64,000 bases of DNA, taken from Nitrospinales bacterium (lineage in GTDB: Bacteria > Nitrospinota > Nitrospinia > Nitrospinales > VA-1). The stretch lies in assembly GCA_965223795.1 (NCBI GenBank), contig CBDCXL010000002.1, positions 2,240,001 to 2,304,000 on the forward strand. The letters run 5' to 3'. The notes below the pieces were generated by a model. The model did no database searches. It was not told the origin of the DNA and saw only the letters and a list, made by a program, of their open reading frames with translations. This document shows, piece after piece, positions 9,612 to 18,594 of this stretch (the stretch's first letter is position 1; each line of letters starts with the position of its first letter). The position numbers were made by a program, and so were the translations under genes.

Positions 9612-10544
9612 TTACATCCACAAAAGTTTCCACTTGAGGGAGAGAGAATCTTCGGCGCCGCCGGTGGCGCGGAAGGACACGCGGCGGACGAGGGAGCGCA
9701 GCATTCCTGCGGCGAAGCTGATGCGGTAGAGCACGCGCAGAAACACGTTCCAGAACCAGTTGTAGTGTTTGGAAAAAAAATAGAGGTCGCTCTTGTACGA
9801 TTCGACGATCACTTTCTCGCGCACGCCGGGCTGATGGGTGCTCTGGCCCTGGTAGTGGCGGATCTTCGTTTCCGGAAAGTAGGCGATCTTCGCGCCCGCC
9901 TGGCGGGCGCGGCGGCAGAAATCGTCTTCCTCGTTGTAAAGAAAATAATTTTCGTCCAGAAGCCCGATGCTCTCGAACAGGTCGCGGCGCACGACGAAGC
10001 AGGCGCCGCCGACCACCTGCACCTCCTTTGAGGTGCGCGTCGCCATGCCGGCCCGATCGCGGGCGGAGTCGCAGCGTCCCAGGATGCGGCGCGCCGCGTC
10101 CATCGGGCCGTCTTCGCGGTGGCGCATGGGGCGCACGCCGCCGTTGGCGTCGAGGATGGCGGGGCTCAGGATGAACACGTCGGTGTTGACGTTCAAATAG
10201 TCGATGATTTTTTGAAAGCTGTTCTCGATGAGCCGGGTGTCCGGGTTGAGCAGCACGACGTATTTGCCCCGGCATTTGCGGATCGCTTCGTTGCAGCCGG
10301 CGGAGAAACCGCGGTTGAAGGAATTTTCCTCGAGCAGCACATCGGGAAACTTCTTTTGCACCGCTTCCAGGCTGTGATCGTCCGAATGGTTGTCCACCAC
10401 CCGGATTTCCATTTTAATTTTAGGGGTGTTGCGGTAGACCGAGTCCAGGCACTCGACAAGGTGATCGCGCGTGTTGAAACTGACGATGACGATGCTGAGC
10501 TCCAGCTCGGGCGGCTGGGGAAATCTGAAGGGAGGCCGGATCAC
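9612..10544 (-). CDS. Glycosyltransferase family 2 (WbbL-like)
   Basis: LSIVIVSFNT, VVDNHSDDHS, LLNPD, LDENYFLYNEEDD. GTG start at 10544 with AGGAG RBS. Confidence 0.88.
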   Translation of the reverse strand: MIRPPFRFPQPPELELSIVIVSFNTRDHLVECLDSVYRNTPKIKMEIRVVDNHSDDHSLEAVQKKFPDVLLEENSFNRGFSAGCNEAIRKCRGKYVVLLNPDTRLIENSFQKIIDYLNVNTDVFILSPAILDANGGVRPMRHREDGPMDAARRILGRCDSARDRAGMATRTSKEVQVVGGACFVVRRDLFESIGLLDENYFLYNEEDDFCRRARQAGAKIAYFPETKIRHYQGQSTHQPGVREKVIVESYKSDLYFFSKHYNWFWNVFLRVLYRISFAAGMLRSLVRRVSFRATGGAEDSLSLKWKLLWM

Positions 10545-10701
10545 AGGGCTCCTTTGAAGCGGCGCTTGCGCGGGCGGTTGCGGTCTGCCGGGGCTGTTCC
10601 CGATTCCGATAGGGTAGCACAGATCTCGCGCCTTGCTTTGTGCTATTTTATTGGCGACAATGAGCGGGTTTGAATTCGGACTATTTTTCAGGAGTTTTAC
10701 C

Positions 10702-11806
10702 ATGCTGGATGAGTTTAAAAAAGGGTACGAGGACGTGGAACGGCGAGTGGGACTGCTCCGGAGGTATCTTTGACGTCGACCATCATCTGAAGGAAATCGA
10801 AACGCTCGATGAGGAAGTGGCCAAGCCGGGCTTCTGGGACGACAACGAGACGGCGCAGAAAACGCTGCAGAAACGCTCGGGGCTGCAGCGCAACGTCGAC
10901 ATCTGGAAGGAGCTCAATCAGGAGGGCGAGGACGTGCAGGCCATGATCGAGCTTCTGGCGGAAGAAGAGGACGAATCTCTGGCCGCGGAGATTCAGTCCA
11001 CGCTCGATGCGTTGCAGGGGAAGCTGTCGCAGGCGGAACTGAAGGCGATGCTTTCCGGAGACAACGATCTGAACAACGCCATCCTGTCCATCAATTCCGG
11101 TGCCGGCGGCACGGAATCGCAGGACTGGGCGCACATGCTGCTGCGCATGTACACGCGCTGGGCCGACCGCAACAGCTACAAATCGGAGATCCTCGACATG
11201 CAGTACGGCGAGGAAGCGGGGATCAAAAGCGCCACGGTCCTCATCACCGGCGATTACGCATACGGCTATCTGAAAGCGGAGATCGGCGTGCACCGGCTGG
11301 TGCGCATCTCGCCGTTCGATTCCAACAAGCGCCGCCACACCTCGTTCGCCTCGGTGTTCGTGTACCCGGAAATCCAGGACGAGATCGAAATCGAGGTGAA
11401 GGAGGAGGACCTCAAGGTCGACGTGTACCGCGCTTCCGGGCCGGGCGGTCAGGGCGTGAACACCACGGATTCCGCGGTGCGGCTGACGCACGTTCCGACC
11501 GGCATCATCGTGCAGTGCCAGAACGAGCGCTCGCAGTTCAAGAACAAGGCCTCGGCGATGAAGGTGTTGAAGTCGCGCCTGTACGAGCTGGAGATGGAAA
11601 AGCAGGAAGAGGAAAAGAAAGAGATGGAAAAGCAGAAAAAGAAAATCGAATGGGGCAGCCAGATCCGCTCGTACGTGCTGCATCCGTACCGCATGGCGAA
11701 GGACCTGCGCACCAATGTGGAGATGGGCAACGTGGACGCGGTGCTGGACGGCGACCTGGAAAAGTTCATCGAAGCGTATCTGCTGCAAAGCAAGGAAACC
11801 GCGTGA
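10702..11806 (+). CDS. prfB: Peptide chain release factor 2, translated through a programmed +1 frameshift
   Basis: ATG 10702 with AGGAG RBS reads MLDEFKKGYEDVERRVGLLRRYL-stop. The +1 frame continues DVDHH... and contains the SPF and GGQ motifs. Confidence 0.97.
10759..10774 (+). promoter_or_regulatory. prfB programmed ribosomal frameshift site
   Basis: CGGAGG-TAT-CTT-TGA-C: internal Shine-Dalgarno plus the canonical CTT TGA C at 10768-10774. Confidence 0.95.
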
Positions 11807-12837
11807 AACCGATTCTGCATCCCAAACTGGTGAACGACCGCTTCGGCGATCCGGGACTGCTGGTGCAGTTTCTCCACGAGCGGCGGGCGCTGCTGTTCGA
11901 CCTGGGGGACATCTCCGCCCTGTCCAACGCCACGCTGCTCAAAGTCAGCCACGTGTTCGTGAGCCACACGCACATCGATCATTTCTACGGCTTCGACCAC
12001 CTGCTGCGCATGGTGTTCGGCCGCGGCAAGACGCTGACGCTGTACGGCCCGGAGCACTTCATCGCCAACGTCGAGGGCAAGCTCAAAGGCTTCACCTGGA
12101 ATCTGGTGGACCGCTACAGCGAGTCGATCACGATCGCAGCGGTGGAGGTGCATCCCGATCATCTGCGCAAAGCCACGTTCCGCGCCATCGACAAGTTCGC
12201 GCGCAGCGGGGAAACGCGTCTGCCCTTTGAGGACGGCGTCCTGCTGGAGGAACCGACGTTCTGCGTGCGCGCGGCGATCCTCGAGCACCGCGTTCCCTGC
12301 CTGGGATTCGCGCTCGAGGAGAAGCAGCACGTGAGCGTGAAGAAAGACGTGCTGGAGGCGCAGGATATCGCCAAAGGGCCCTGGCTCAACGAGATCAAGC
12401 GGCTCATCTGCGAAGGCGCTTCGGACGATCACATCATCCGCGTGCCGCTCAGCGGCAACGGGCAGGAGCGCTTCCGCGAGACGACGCTCGGCCGGTTGAA
12501 GGAAGAGCTGGTCACCGTGTGCGCCGGGCAGAAAATCGCCTACGTGGTGGACACGGTGTTCAACGACACCAACAACCGACGGATCGTCGATCTGGTGCGG
12601 GGGGCGGATCTGTTTTTCTGCGAGTCGCCGTTTCTCGCGGAAGAGGTGGATCGCGCGCGCGACCGCTGCCACCTCACGTCCCGCCAGGCGGGGCTGCTGG
12701 CCCGTGAAGCGGGGGTGCGGAAACTGCTGACCTTTCATTTTTCTCCCAAACACAGCGGTGAGGAAGCACGGCTCGACCGGGAAGCGCAGGACGCGTTCCG
12801 GGAAGGCGCCGCCGCTGTGAACGACGGACCGCGCTGA
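11803..12837 (+). CDS. Ribonuclease Z-like metallo-beta-lactamase-fold hydrolase
   Basis: SHTHIDH, LEHRVPCLGF, GPWL exosite, HLT..QAG, FHFSPK. GTG start overlaps the prfB stop. Confidence 0.85.
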   Translation: MKPILHPKLVNDRFGDPGLLVQFLHERRALLFDLGDISALSNATLLKVSHVFVSHTHIDHFYGFDHLLRMVFGRGKTLTLYGPEHFIANVEGKLKGFTWNLVDRYSESITIAAVEVHPDHLRKATFRAIDKFARSGETRLPFEDGVLLEEPTFCVRAAILEHRVPCLGFALEEKQHVSVKKDVLEAQDIAKGPWLNEIKRLICEGASDDHIIRVPLSGNGQERFRETTLGRLKEELVTVCAGQKIAYVVDTVFNDTNNRRIVDLVRGADLFFCESPFLAEEVDRARDRCHLTSRQAGLLAREAGVRKLLTFHFSPKHSGEEARLDREAQDAFREGAAAVNDGPR

Positions 12838-12888
12838 TTTTCAGCGCAGACGCACGGTCCCCACTCTCCACTTACCAGGAGTCGGCGC

Positions 12889-13590
12889 ATGTCCTCCGAT
12901 GCGGGTGACGCCAAGCCCCGGACTTCCTTTCTGGCCACGCTCTCGATCAAGCTGCGGCAGGTCCTGTTTCCCGGTTCGCAGCGGTTCTGGGAAACGCGCT
13001 ACGCGCTGGGCGGCGATTCGGGAAACGGTTCCTACGGCAAGCTCGCCGCTTTCAAGGCGGAGGTGATCAACGGCTTCGTGCAGCGGAACAACATCCAGAG
13101 CGTCATCGAATTCGGCTGCGGCGACGGCAATCAACTGGCGCTCGGGCGTTACCCCAAATACACCGGACTCGATGTGTCCGCCTCCGCAATCGCCCGCTGC
13201 CACGAGCGGTTCCGCGGCGATGCGGCAAAAAGTTTTTTTCTCTACAGCCCGTTTCATTTTGTGGACCGGCAGGGACTCTTTCGCGCCGAGCTGGCGCTGT
13301 CGCTGGATGTGATCTATCATCTGGTCGAGGATGCGGTGTTCGAAACCTACTTGACGCATCTGTTCGCGTCCGCCGAAAAGTATGTGCTGGTCTACTCCAG
13401 CAACAGTGAAAAGACTGGAGGGCTGCAGGCCCGGCACGTGCGGCACCGGCACGTCACCCGTTATATTGAAGAAACCTTCCGCGACTGGCGGCTGGTCGAG
13501 ACGATCCCCAACCGCTTTCCCGGCTCCGGAATCCTGGGCAACGATTCCTGCGCCGATTTTTTTATCTTCGAGTTTCACCCCTGCCGTTGA
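12889..13590 (+). CDS. Class I SAM-dependent methyltransferase (glycan-locus type)
   Basis: VIEFGCGDG, GLDVS, SLDVIYHL. Confidence 0.85.
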   Translation: MSSDAGDAKPRTSFLATLSIKLRQVLFPGSQRFWETRYALGGDSGNGSYGKLAAFKAEVINGFVQRNNIQSVIEFGCGDGNQLALGRYPKYTGLDVSASAIARCHERFRGDAAKSFFLYSPFHFVDRQGLFRAELALSLDVIYHLVEDAVFETYLTHLFASAEKYVLVYSSNSEKTGGLQARHVRHRHVTRYIEETFRDWRLVETIPNRFPGSGILGNDSCADFFIFEFHPCR

Positions 13591-13599
13591 GGCGCCAAC

Positions 13600-15117
13600 G
13601 TGCGCCTTTCTCTTCCCGGTGGTTCGATGGTTCTGATCGATTTCGCAGCCTGGATGATCCTGGCTTTTGTCCTGATTGCGCGCTCCTGCACGGTCCGTTC
13701 CGTGTGGGAAACGGCGGCGCTCGCGTTCGCGCTGGCGCTCGGATTCAAAAGTCTGCTGCTCTATGCGCTCATCGCCTTCGGGGTGAAACCGGACCGCTGG
13801 CTTCAATTGAGCCTCGGCATCGCCGTACTGTACGGCGGCGCGGCGTGGTTCCTGCTGCGTTTCAAGTCCCTGCGCCGAACCGCTTTGCGTGAAAACCAAT
13901 CGCGGATCGTTTTTATTTGCATTGCGGTATTGTGTGTTCTGGTGCTGCTGAGCCTGGCCAACGCCCTGTTTTTCCCGGTCACCGGGGTGGACGGCATCTG
14001 GTACGAACTCAGAGGCAGGGTTCTGTTGCATGAAGTGCGGTTCGAATCGGACACCCTGAACGCGCAGTTGAGCCAGTATCCTCCCCTGACACCGCTGCTG
14101 TATGCCTGGCTGATCTCCTTCGGCGTGGAACCGGTCAAGCTGCTCTTTCCGCTGCTGTACCTTTGTCTGTTGACGCTGTTTTATTTCCGGCTAAAAGCCG
14201 GGAGCCGCAGCCCCCGGCTGGCCGCCGCGTTCACACTGGTTCTGGGCAGCACGCCGTATTTCTGGTGGCACAGCACGCTGCCGTTTCTCGATCTGACCAC
14301 GGCGTTTTATTATTCCACCGGCGCCCTGTATGGGTTTTCCCTGCTGCGAAAATGGCAGGAAGGCGGCGTCGATTCGCAGGACGTCGCCGACGCCTGTTTG
14401 AGCGGCGCGTTGTTCGGACTGGCGGCCTGGAACCGTCCCGAGTTTCTGCTTTATAACTCCATCTCGTTGGCGATGATCATTCTTGCCTTGAACAAGGACC
14501 TGCCATCCAGACGCCGCCTGCTGTGGGCGTTCGCGGTGCCGCTGCTGGCGCTGCCGACGCTGTGGCTTTGCACGTTGTTCACGTTCGATTCCCCGCTCGA
14601 AAGACGGATTCCCGCGCTGGCTATGGCGTGCGGCGCGCAGTGGCTGCTGGTGGGCGCGGCTTCCTGTCTCACATTGCGGTTCGGATTCAAACGGCTGGCT
14701 GGGCTGGCCGTGGCGGGGAGCCTTTTGTTTGTCCTGTTCATCGTTTTTTTCGGTCCGCGCTCTGTTTCCGCGGGGCAGGCGATGTGGATCGCGTTCAGCC
14801 GCACCGTCAGCGTGCACGGTTTCTATTCGTTCAGTGCCTGGCTTGCGCTTCTGCTGTTTGTGCGGCAGAGTGCCTGGCCGCCGTTGCAGCGTGGCCTGGG
14901 GGGATTTCTGCTTTTGTATCTTTTGGTTCACTTCATGCTTTTTTCTTATTCGGAGCCGAGGTGGACCGGCATGGACGCGTTTATTGAAGCGACGTTTCGA
15001 TCTCCCGGCAACTCGGTGAACCTTTCGGACACGCGCGGGATGATGGCGTGGTACCCGGTGTTTCTGTTTTTCATTTCCCGCCTGCCGGTGGTGAGGAGGG
15101 CGTTCGATGCGGATTGA
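13600..15117 (+). CDS. Polytopic membrane protein, probable GT-C glycosyltransferase
   Basis: More than 10 TM segments. PVTGVDG.W.L and YPPL motifs, WNRPEF. Start at 13600 or 13627. Confidence 0.65.
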   Translation: MRLSLPGGSMVLIDFAAWMILAFVLIARSCTVRSVWETAALAFALALGFKSLLLYALIAFGVKPDRWLQLSLGIAVLYGGAAWFLLRFKSLRRTALRENQSRIVFICIAVLCVLVLLSLANALFFPVTGVDGIWYELRGRVLLHEVRFESDTLNAQLSQYPPLTPLLYAWLISFGVEPVKLLFPLLYLCLLTLFYFRLKAGSRSPRLAAAFTLVLGSTPYFWWHSTLPFLDLTTAFYYSTGALYGFSLLRKWQEGGVDSQDVADACLSGALFGLAAWNRPEFLLYNSISLAMIILALNKDLPSRRRLLWAFAVPLLALPTLWLCTLFTFDSPLERRIPALAMACGAQWLLVGAASCLTLRFGFKRLAGLAVAGSLLFVLFIVFFGPRSVSAGQAMWIAFSRTVSVHGFYSFSAWLALLLFVRQSAWPPLQRGLGGFLLLYLLVHFMLFSYSEPRWTGMDAFIEATFRSPGNSVNLSDTRGMMAWYPVFLFFISRLPVVRRAFDAD

Positions 15118-15605
15118 TGCGCGCCATGTACGGGGAATGGTTTACGCCGTGGCTCTGGGCAATCTGCTCGTGCTCGCGGCGGTGTTCATCGTTCCGCGGC
15201 TGGCGTTCATGCTGGAACACAAAAGCTCCGCCCATGCAGAACGGCTGGCAACTGAAGGGCCGGAATGACATGCCCAACCAGTTCGCCGGTGTGTACCGGC
15301 AGTATGTCAAGATTCGTGAGTGGGTACCGGAGGACGCGCACGTGTTCGTGCCGCCCAAAGAAACCGCCGCGGGATCGGTGCGCGCTCCGGTGATGCAGGT
15401 GCTGTATCCCCGCAGGGTGCATTTCGGCGACGATGTGGATTTCCGAAGTCAGCTTGAACGTGCCGCAGCGCGTGCAGAGACTTTTTATTTCGTCTACGCT
15501 GCGGGCTGGCATTCCGCGTTGTGCGCTGAGGACGCGCTGTTCAGGGACGCGCGCTCGGGATGGGGTGTGTGCGGCTTTCGCGGCGGGAGCGTTGTGCGGC
15601 AATGA
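15107..15605 (+). pseudogene. Membrane-anchored hypothetical protein, apparently frameshifted (or two small genes, 15107-15268 and 15270-15605)
   Basis: GAGGAGG RBS and ATG 15107 give a TM-anchored N-terminus that stops at 15268. Protein-like sequence continues in the +1 frame to 15605. Confidence 0.5.
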
Positions 15606-16533
15606 ACAGATCGCGGTACCAGAACGCCAGCACGAAGGCCGTGAGCCATTCGAACAGACGATCGACCACAGCGGCGATGAGGCCCGCCTGAAACCCGGTT
15701 CCGAGCACTCTCGACAGAAAGCCCACCGTCAACTCGCGGGAGCCGAGATCGCTTTGCAACATAGGCAGCAGGCGCACGAAGGCCATGACGGTGGTGAACA
15801 GGATGCAGGACACAAAACTCACGTCGATGCCGATCACGCTGAAGGCAAGGTGCAGCCGCAATGCCACGATCAGCAGCAGCGCGCCATTTAAGACGCACAA
15901 CGAGCGGATCAGCGGCTTGTCGTTGAGCAGCCCGTCCAGAGAATCGAAGGCTTGTGCCAAAGCATGGGACAATCGCGAGCCGCCAGGTTGAAAACGGAAG
16001 CGGCGCCGCCGGATGAAAACCAGAGTCCCGGCAAGGCCAAAAAACGCGGCGGCCGCCCAGCCGAACGGTTTTTCCAGATGAAAGGTCAGGTACAGCGCGG
16101 CCCCTCCGCCCATTGCGGCGTTGATGAACATCAGGATGAGATGGTCCGCGCCGAGGGTGCCGATGAAGCGCGCATACGAAAACCCGTGCCGCTGTTTCAG
16201 ATGATGCGAAACCGCGAGCGCGCCGGACTTGAAAAACAGGCTGTTCAAAGCGGCGGAAACGGACGCCAGCCCGAAGGCTTCCTGCGCGGGCAGGCGGATG
16301 CCGTGGGCGTGCAGGATGCGTGAGAGTTTGAAGCCGTTGACCGCGATGCCCGAGACGGCGAGCGCCGTCAACCCCAGAGCCTGCGCAATAGTGATGCCGC
16401 TTAAAAGCTGCCACGCATCCCGATATTGAACCAGAAAATAAACCAGAACGGCGGCGAACACGGCGGACACGAGCCAGCCCAGCCAGCGCCGTGTCCCTGG
16501 ACGCGGCGCGGCGTCCTGCGGTTCAGGATTCAT
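15541..16533 (-). CDS. Lysylphosphatidylglycerol-synthase TM domain / flippase-like (UPF0104) protein
   Basis: About 8 TM helices, LGSREL and DRL motifs. ATG at 16533 overlaps the end of wecB. Confidence 0.75.
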   Translation of the reverse strand: MNPEPQDAAPRPGTRRWLGWLVSAVFAAVLVYFLVQYRDAWQLLSGITIAQALGLTALAVSGIAVNGFKLSRILHAHGIRLPAQEAFGLASVSAALNSLFFKSGALAVSHHLKQRHGFSYARFIGTLGADHLILMFINAAMGGGAALYLTFHLEKPFGWAAAAFFGLAGTLVFIRRRRFRFQPGGSRLSHALAQAFDSLDGLLNDKPLIRSLCVLNGALLLIVALRLHLAFSVIGIDVSFVSCILFTTVMAFVRLLPMLQSDLGSRELTVGFLSRVLGTGFQAGLIAAVVDRLFEWLTAFVLAFWYRDLFIAAQRSRRESRTHPIPSARP

Positions 16534-17638
16534 GGCGGCTGTTTTCGTGATAAGGCGCGAGCCTGTCGAGGATGATCTCTGTGGGCGAGGCGGTGTCCGT
16601 GAGCGGCGCTCGCCGGAATTCCGGGTAGCGGTGCACGAAATCGTCGATGAGGTTTTCGTCGAATCGGGAGAGCACGGCGTTTTCGCCGAGTCCTTCCACG
16701 CGTTCGGTCTCCTCGCGCAACAGCAGGCAGGGGATGCCAAGGTAATGGCATTCCTCCTGGTTGCTGCCGCCGTCGCTGACGATGAATTCCGCTTTGCGGA
16801 GCATGCGGCTGAAGGCGAAAAAATCCAGCCGCGGTAAAAGCTCAATGCGGGGATGCCTTTCCAGCGTTTCGTAGAGAGAACATTTTTTCAGGGCGACGCG
16901 CGTTGGCGGATGCAGGATGAACTTCAAGGGCAGGGTCCTGGCGATGCGGGTGACGCGGTCCACGGCCCTGGCGAGCGTGCTGCGGCGGGCGATGGTTTCG
17001 TAGCGGTGCAGCGTCACGAGGGCGAATGTTTTCCGCGAGCCGTTCACCGGCGCAGCGGACCCACCGTTGCCGTTGTCGGCCAGACGCAGCGCGTCGAGCA
17101 GCGTGTTGAAGCGGGTGTGGTGGGTCTCGCGTTTGTAGGCATCGACGTTGCGCACGGCCTTGTCGTCCTGACAGAAAAAGATGTCGATCACACCCAGCCG
17201 CGATGCGAGAACGCGGGTCAGCTCTTCGGGAAACGGTTTGAGCAGGTTGAAGGAGCGCAGCCCCGCCTCGATCTGCGCCACCTTGAGTCCCTGAAACTTC
17301 GCCAGCAGCCCGCCCAGAAGCAGCGGCGGCGCGTCGCCGTGGATCAGCACGACGCCGCTCCTGTCGCCCTTGAAGATGCGGTTGCGATTGCGCCAGCCGC
17401 CCGCCAGCACCTTGAGCGACCAGAGCACCATCTCGCGCGTGCGCGTGATGTCTTTCCCCCAGTCTTCGATGACGGTGTCGGGCGGTTTGACGCCGAACTG
17501 GTCGAGGATTTCTGCGAGCGTCTCCTTGTGCTGCGCCAGCAGGATGAAGTTGTAGGGAATGCCCTTATCCTGCAGCCCCTTGAGCACCGGCGCCATCTTG
17601 ATGGCCTGCGCGCGGGTTCCCAGGATCGCGTGAATCAT
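16523..17638 (-). CDS. wecB: UDP-N-acetylglucosamine 2-epimerase (non-hydrolysing)
   Basis: GTRAQAIKMAP, IHGD, EAGLRSF, PFPEE, VTLHRYE, SDGGSNQEE. Confidence 0.85.
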   Translation of the reverse strand: MIHAILGTRAQAIKMAPVLKGLQDKGIPYNFILLAQHKETLAEILDQFGVKPPDTVIEDWGKDITRTREMVLWSLKVLAGGWRNRNRIFKGDRSGVVLIHGDAPPLLLGGLLAKFQGLKVAQIEAGLRSFNLLKPFPEELTRVLASRLGVIDIFFCQDDKAVRNVDAYKRETHHTRFNTLLDALRLADNGNGGSAAPVNGSRKTFALVTLHRYETIARRSTLARAVDRVTRIARTLPLKFILHPPTRVALKKCSLYETLERHPRIELLPRLDFFAFSRMLRKAEFIVSDGGSNQEECHYLGIPCLLLREETERVEGLGENAVLSRFDENLIDDFVHRYPEFRRAPLTDTASPTEIILDRLAPYHENSRHES

Positions 17639-18594
17639 AACGGGATGTGTTCTTCGGATTCGAGTTCGCTTTTTTTGATGCGGACCTGGATGTCTTCTAA
17701 AAGCTGGCGGTTGATGGAGATCAGTTCCGCGGCGATGCCCATCATGATGATCTGGAATCCGACGATGAGCAGGATGGCGGACAGGATGAGCGACTGCACG
17801 TGCCCTTCGGTGCGTCCCTGAAAGAAAAAGAACAGGTAGCGGCAGCCGATGGCGAAGCCGGTGAGAAACGACGCGCCGCCGGCAATGGTGAACACCTTGA
17901 GCGGCTTGTGCATGGAATACACTTTGATGAGGGTGACCAGCGTGCGCATCAGGTAGACGCGGATGCTGGGAAACAGCCGCGACTCGCGCAGCTTGTGGTT
18001 GGTGCGCACCGGCACGTGGGCGATGGCCAGGTTTTTCTTGCCGGCGCTGATGATGGTCTCGACGGTGTAGGTGAAGTCCGAGACCACGTTGAGTTCCAGC
18101 GCCGCCTGCCGGGAATAGGCGCGGAAGCCGCTGGTGGCGTCGGGTACCTTGGTGCCGGAAAGCTGGCGCACCACCCAGCTGCCGAATTTCTGCAGCAGGA
18201 TTTTGAACCAGGAAAAATGCAGGATGGTTTCCACGCGCCGGTCGCCGATGACGAGGTCGGCGCGGCCTTCCAGGATGGGCTGGATCAGGGCGGGGATGTC
18301 GTCGGCGCAGTACTGGTTGTCCGCGTCGGTGTTGACGATGATGTCCGCGCCCAGTTTCAGAGCGTGGTTGATGCCATAGTTGAAGGCCTTGGCGAGGCCC
18401 TTGTTGCTGGTGAATTTGAGGATGTGGTCCACGCGGCAGCGGCGCGCCACCTCCACGGTGCGGTCGGTGCTGCCGTCGTCGATGATGAGGGTCTCGATGA
18501 CGTCGATGCCCTCGATGCGCCGGGGCAGCTCCCGCAGGGTTTCGGGCAGTGTGTCCTCTTCGTTGAGGCAGGGGATCTGGATGATGAGTTTCAC
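17635..18594 (-). CDS. GT2 polyprenol-phosphate glycosyltransferase (DPM1/GtrB-like) with C-terminal TM helices
   Basis: IPCLNEE, IDDGSTDRT, NTDADNQY, DATSGFRAY. Confidence 0.9.
   Translation of the reverse strand: MKLIIQIPCLNEEDTLPETLRELPRRIEGIDVIETLIIDDGSTDRTVEVARRCRVDHILKFTSNKGLAKAFNYGINHALKLGADIIVNTDADNQYCADDIPALIQPILEGRADLVIGDRRVETILHFSWFKILLQKFGSWVVRQLSGTKVPDATSGFRAYSRQAALELNVVSDFTYTVETIISAGKKNLAIAHVPVRTNHKLRESRLFPSIRVYLMRTLVTLIKVYSMHKPLKVFTIAGGASFLTGFAIGCRYLFFFFQGRTEGHVQSLILSAILLIVGFQIIMMGIAAELISINRQLLEDIQVRIKKSELESEEHIPL

Noticed and set aside
10670..10773. TTG-started 378-aa prfB from the ORF track, or prfB as a pseudogene
   Set aside because: Explained by the canonical programmed frameshift with ATG at 10702.
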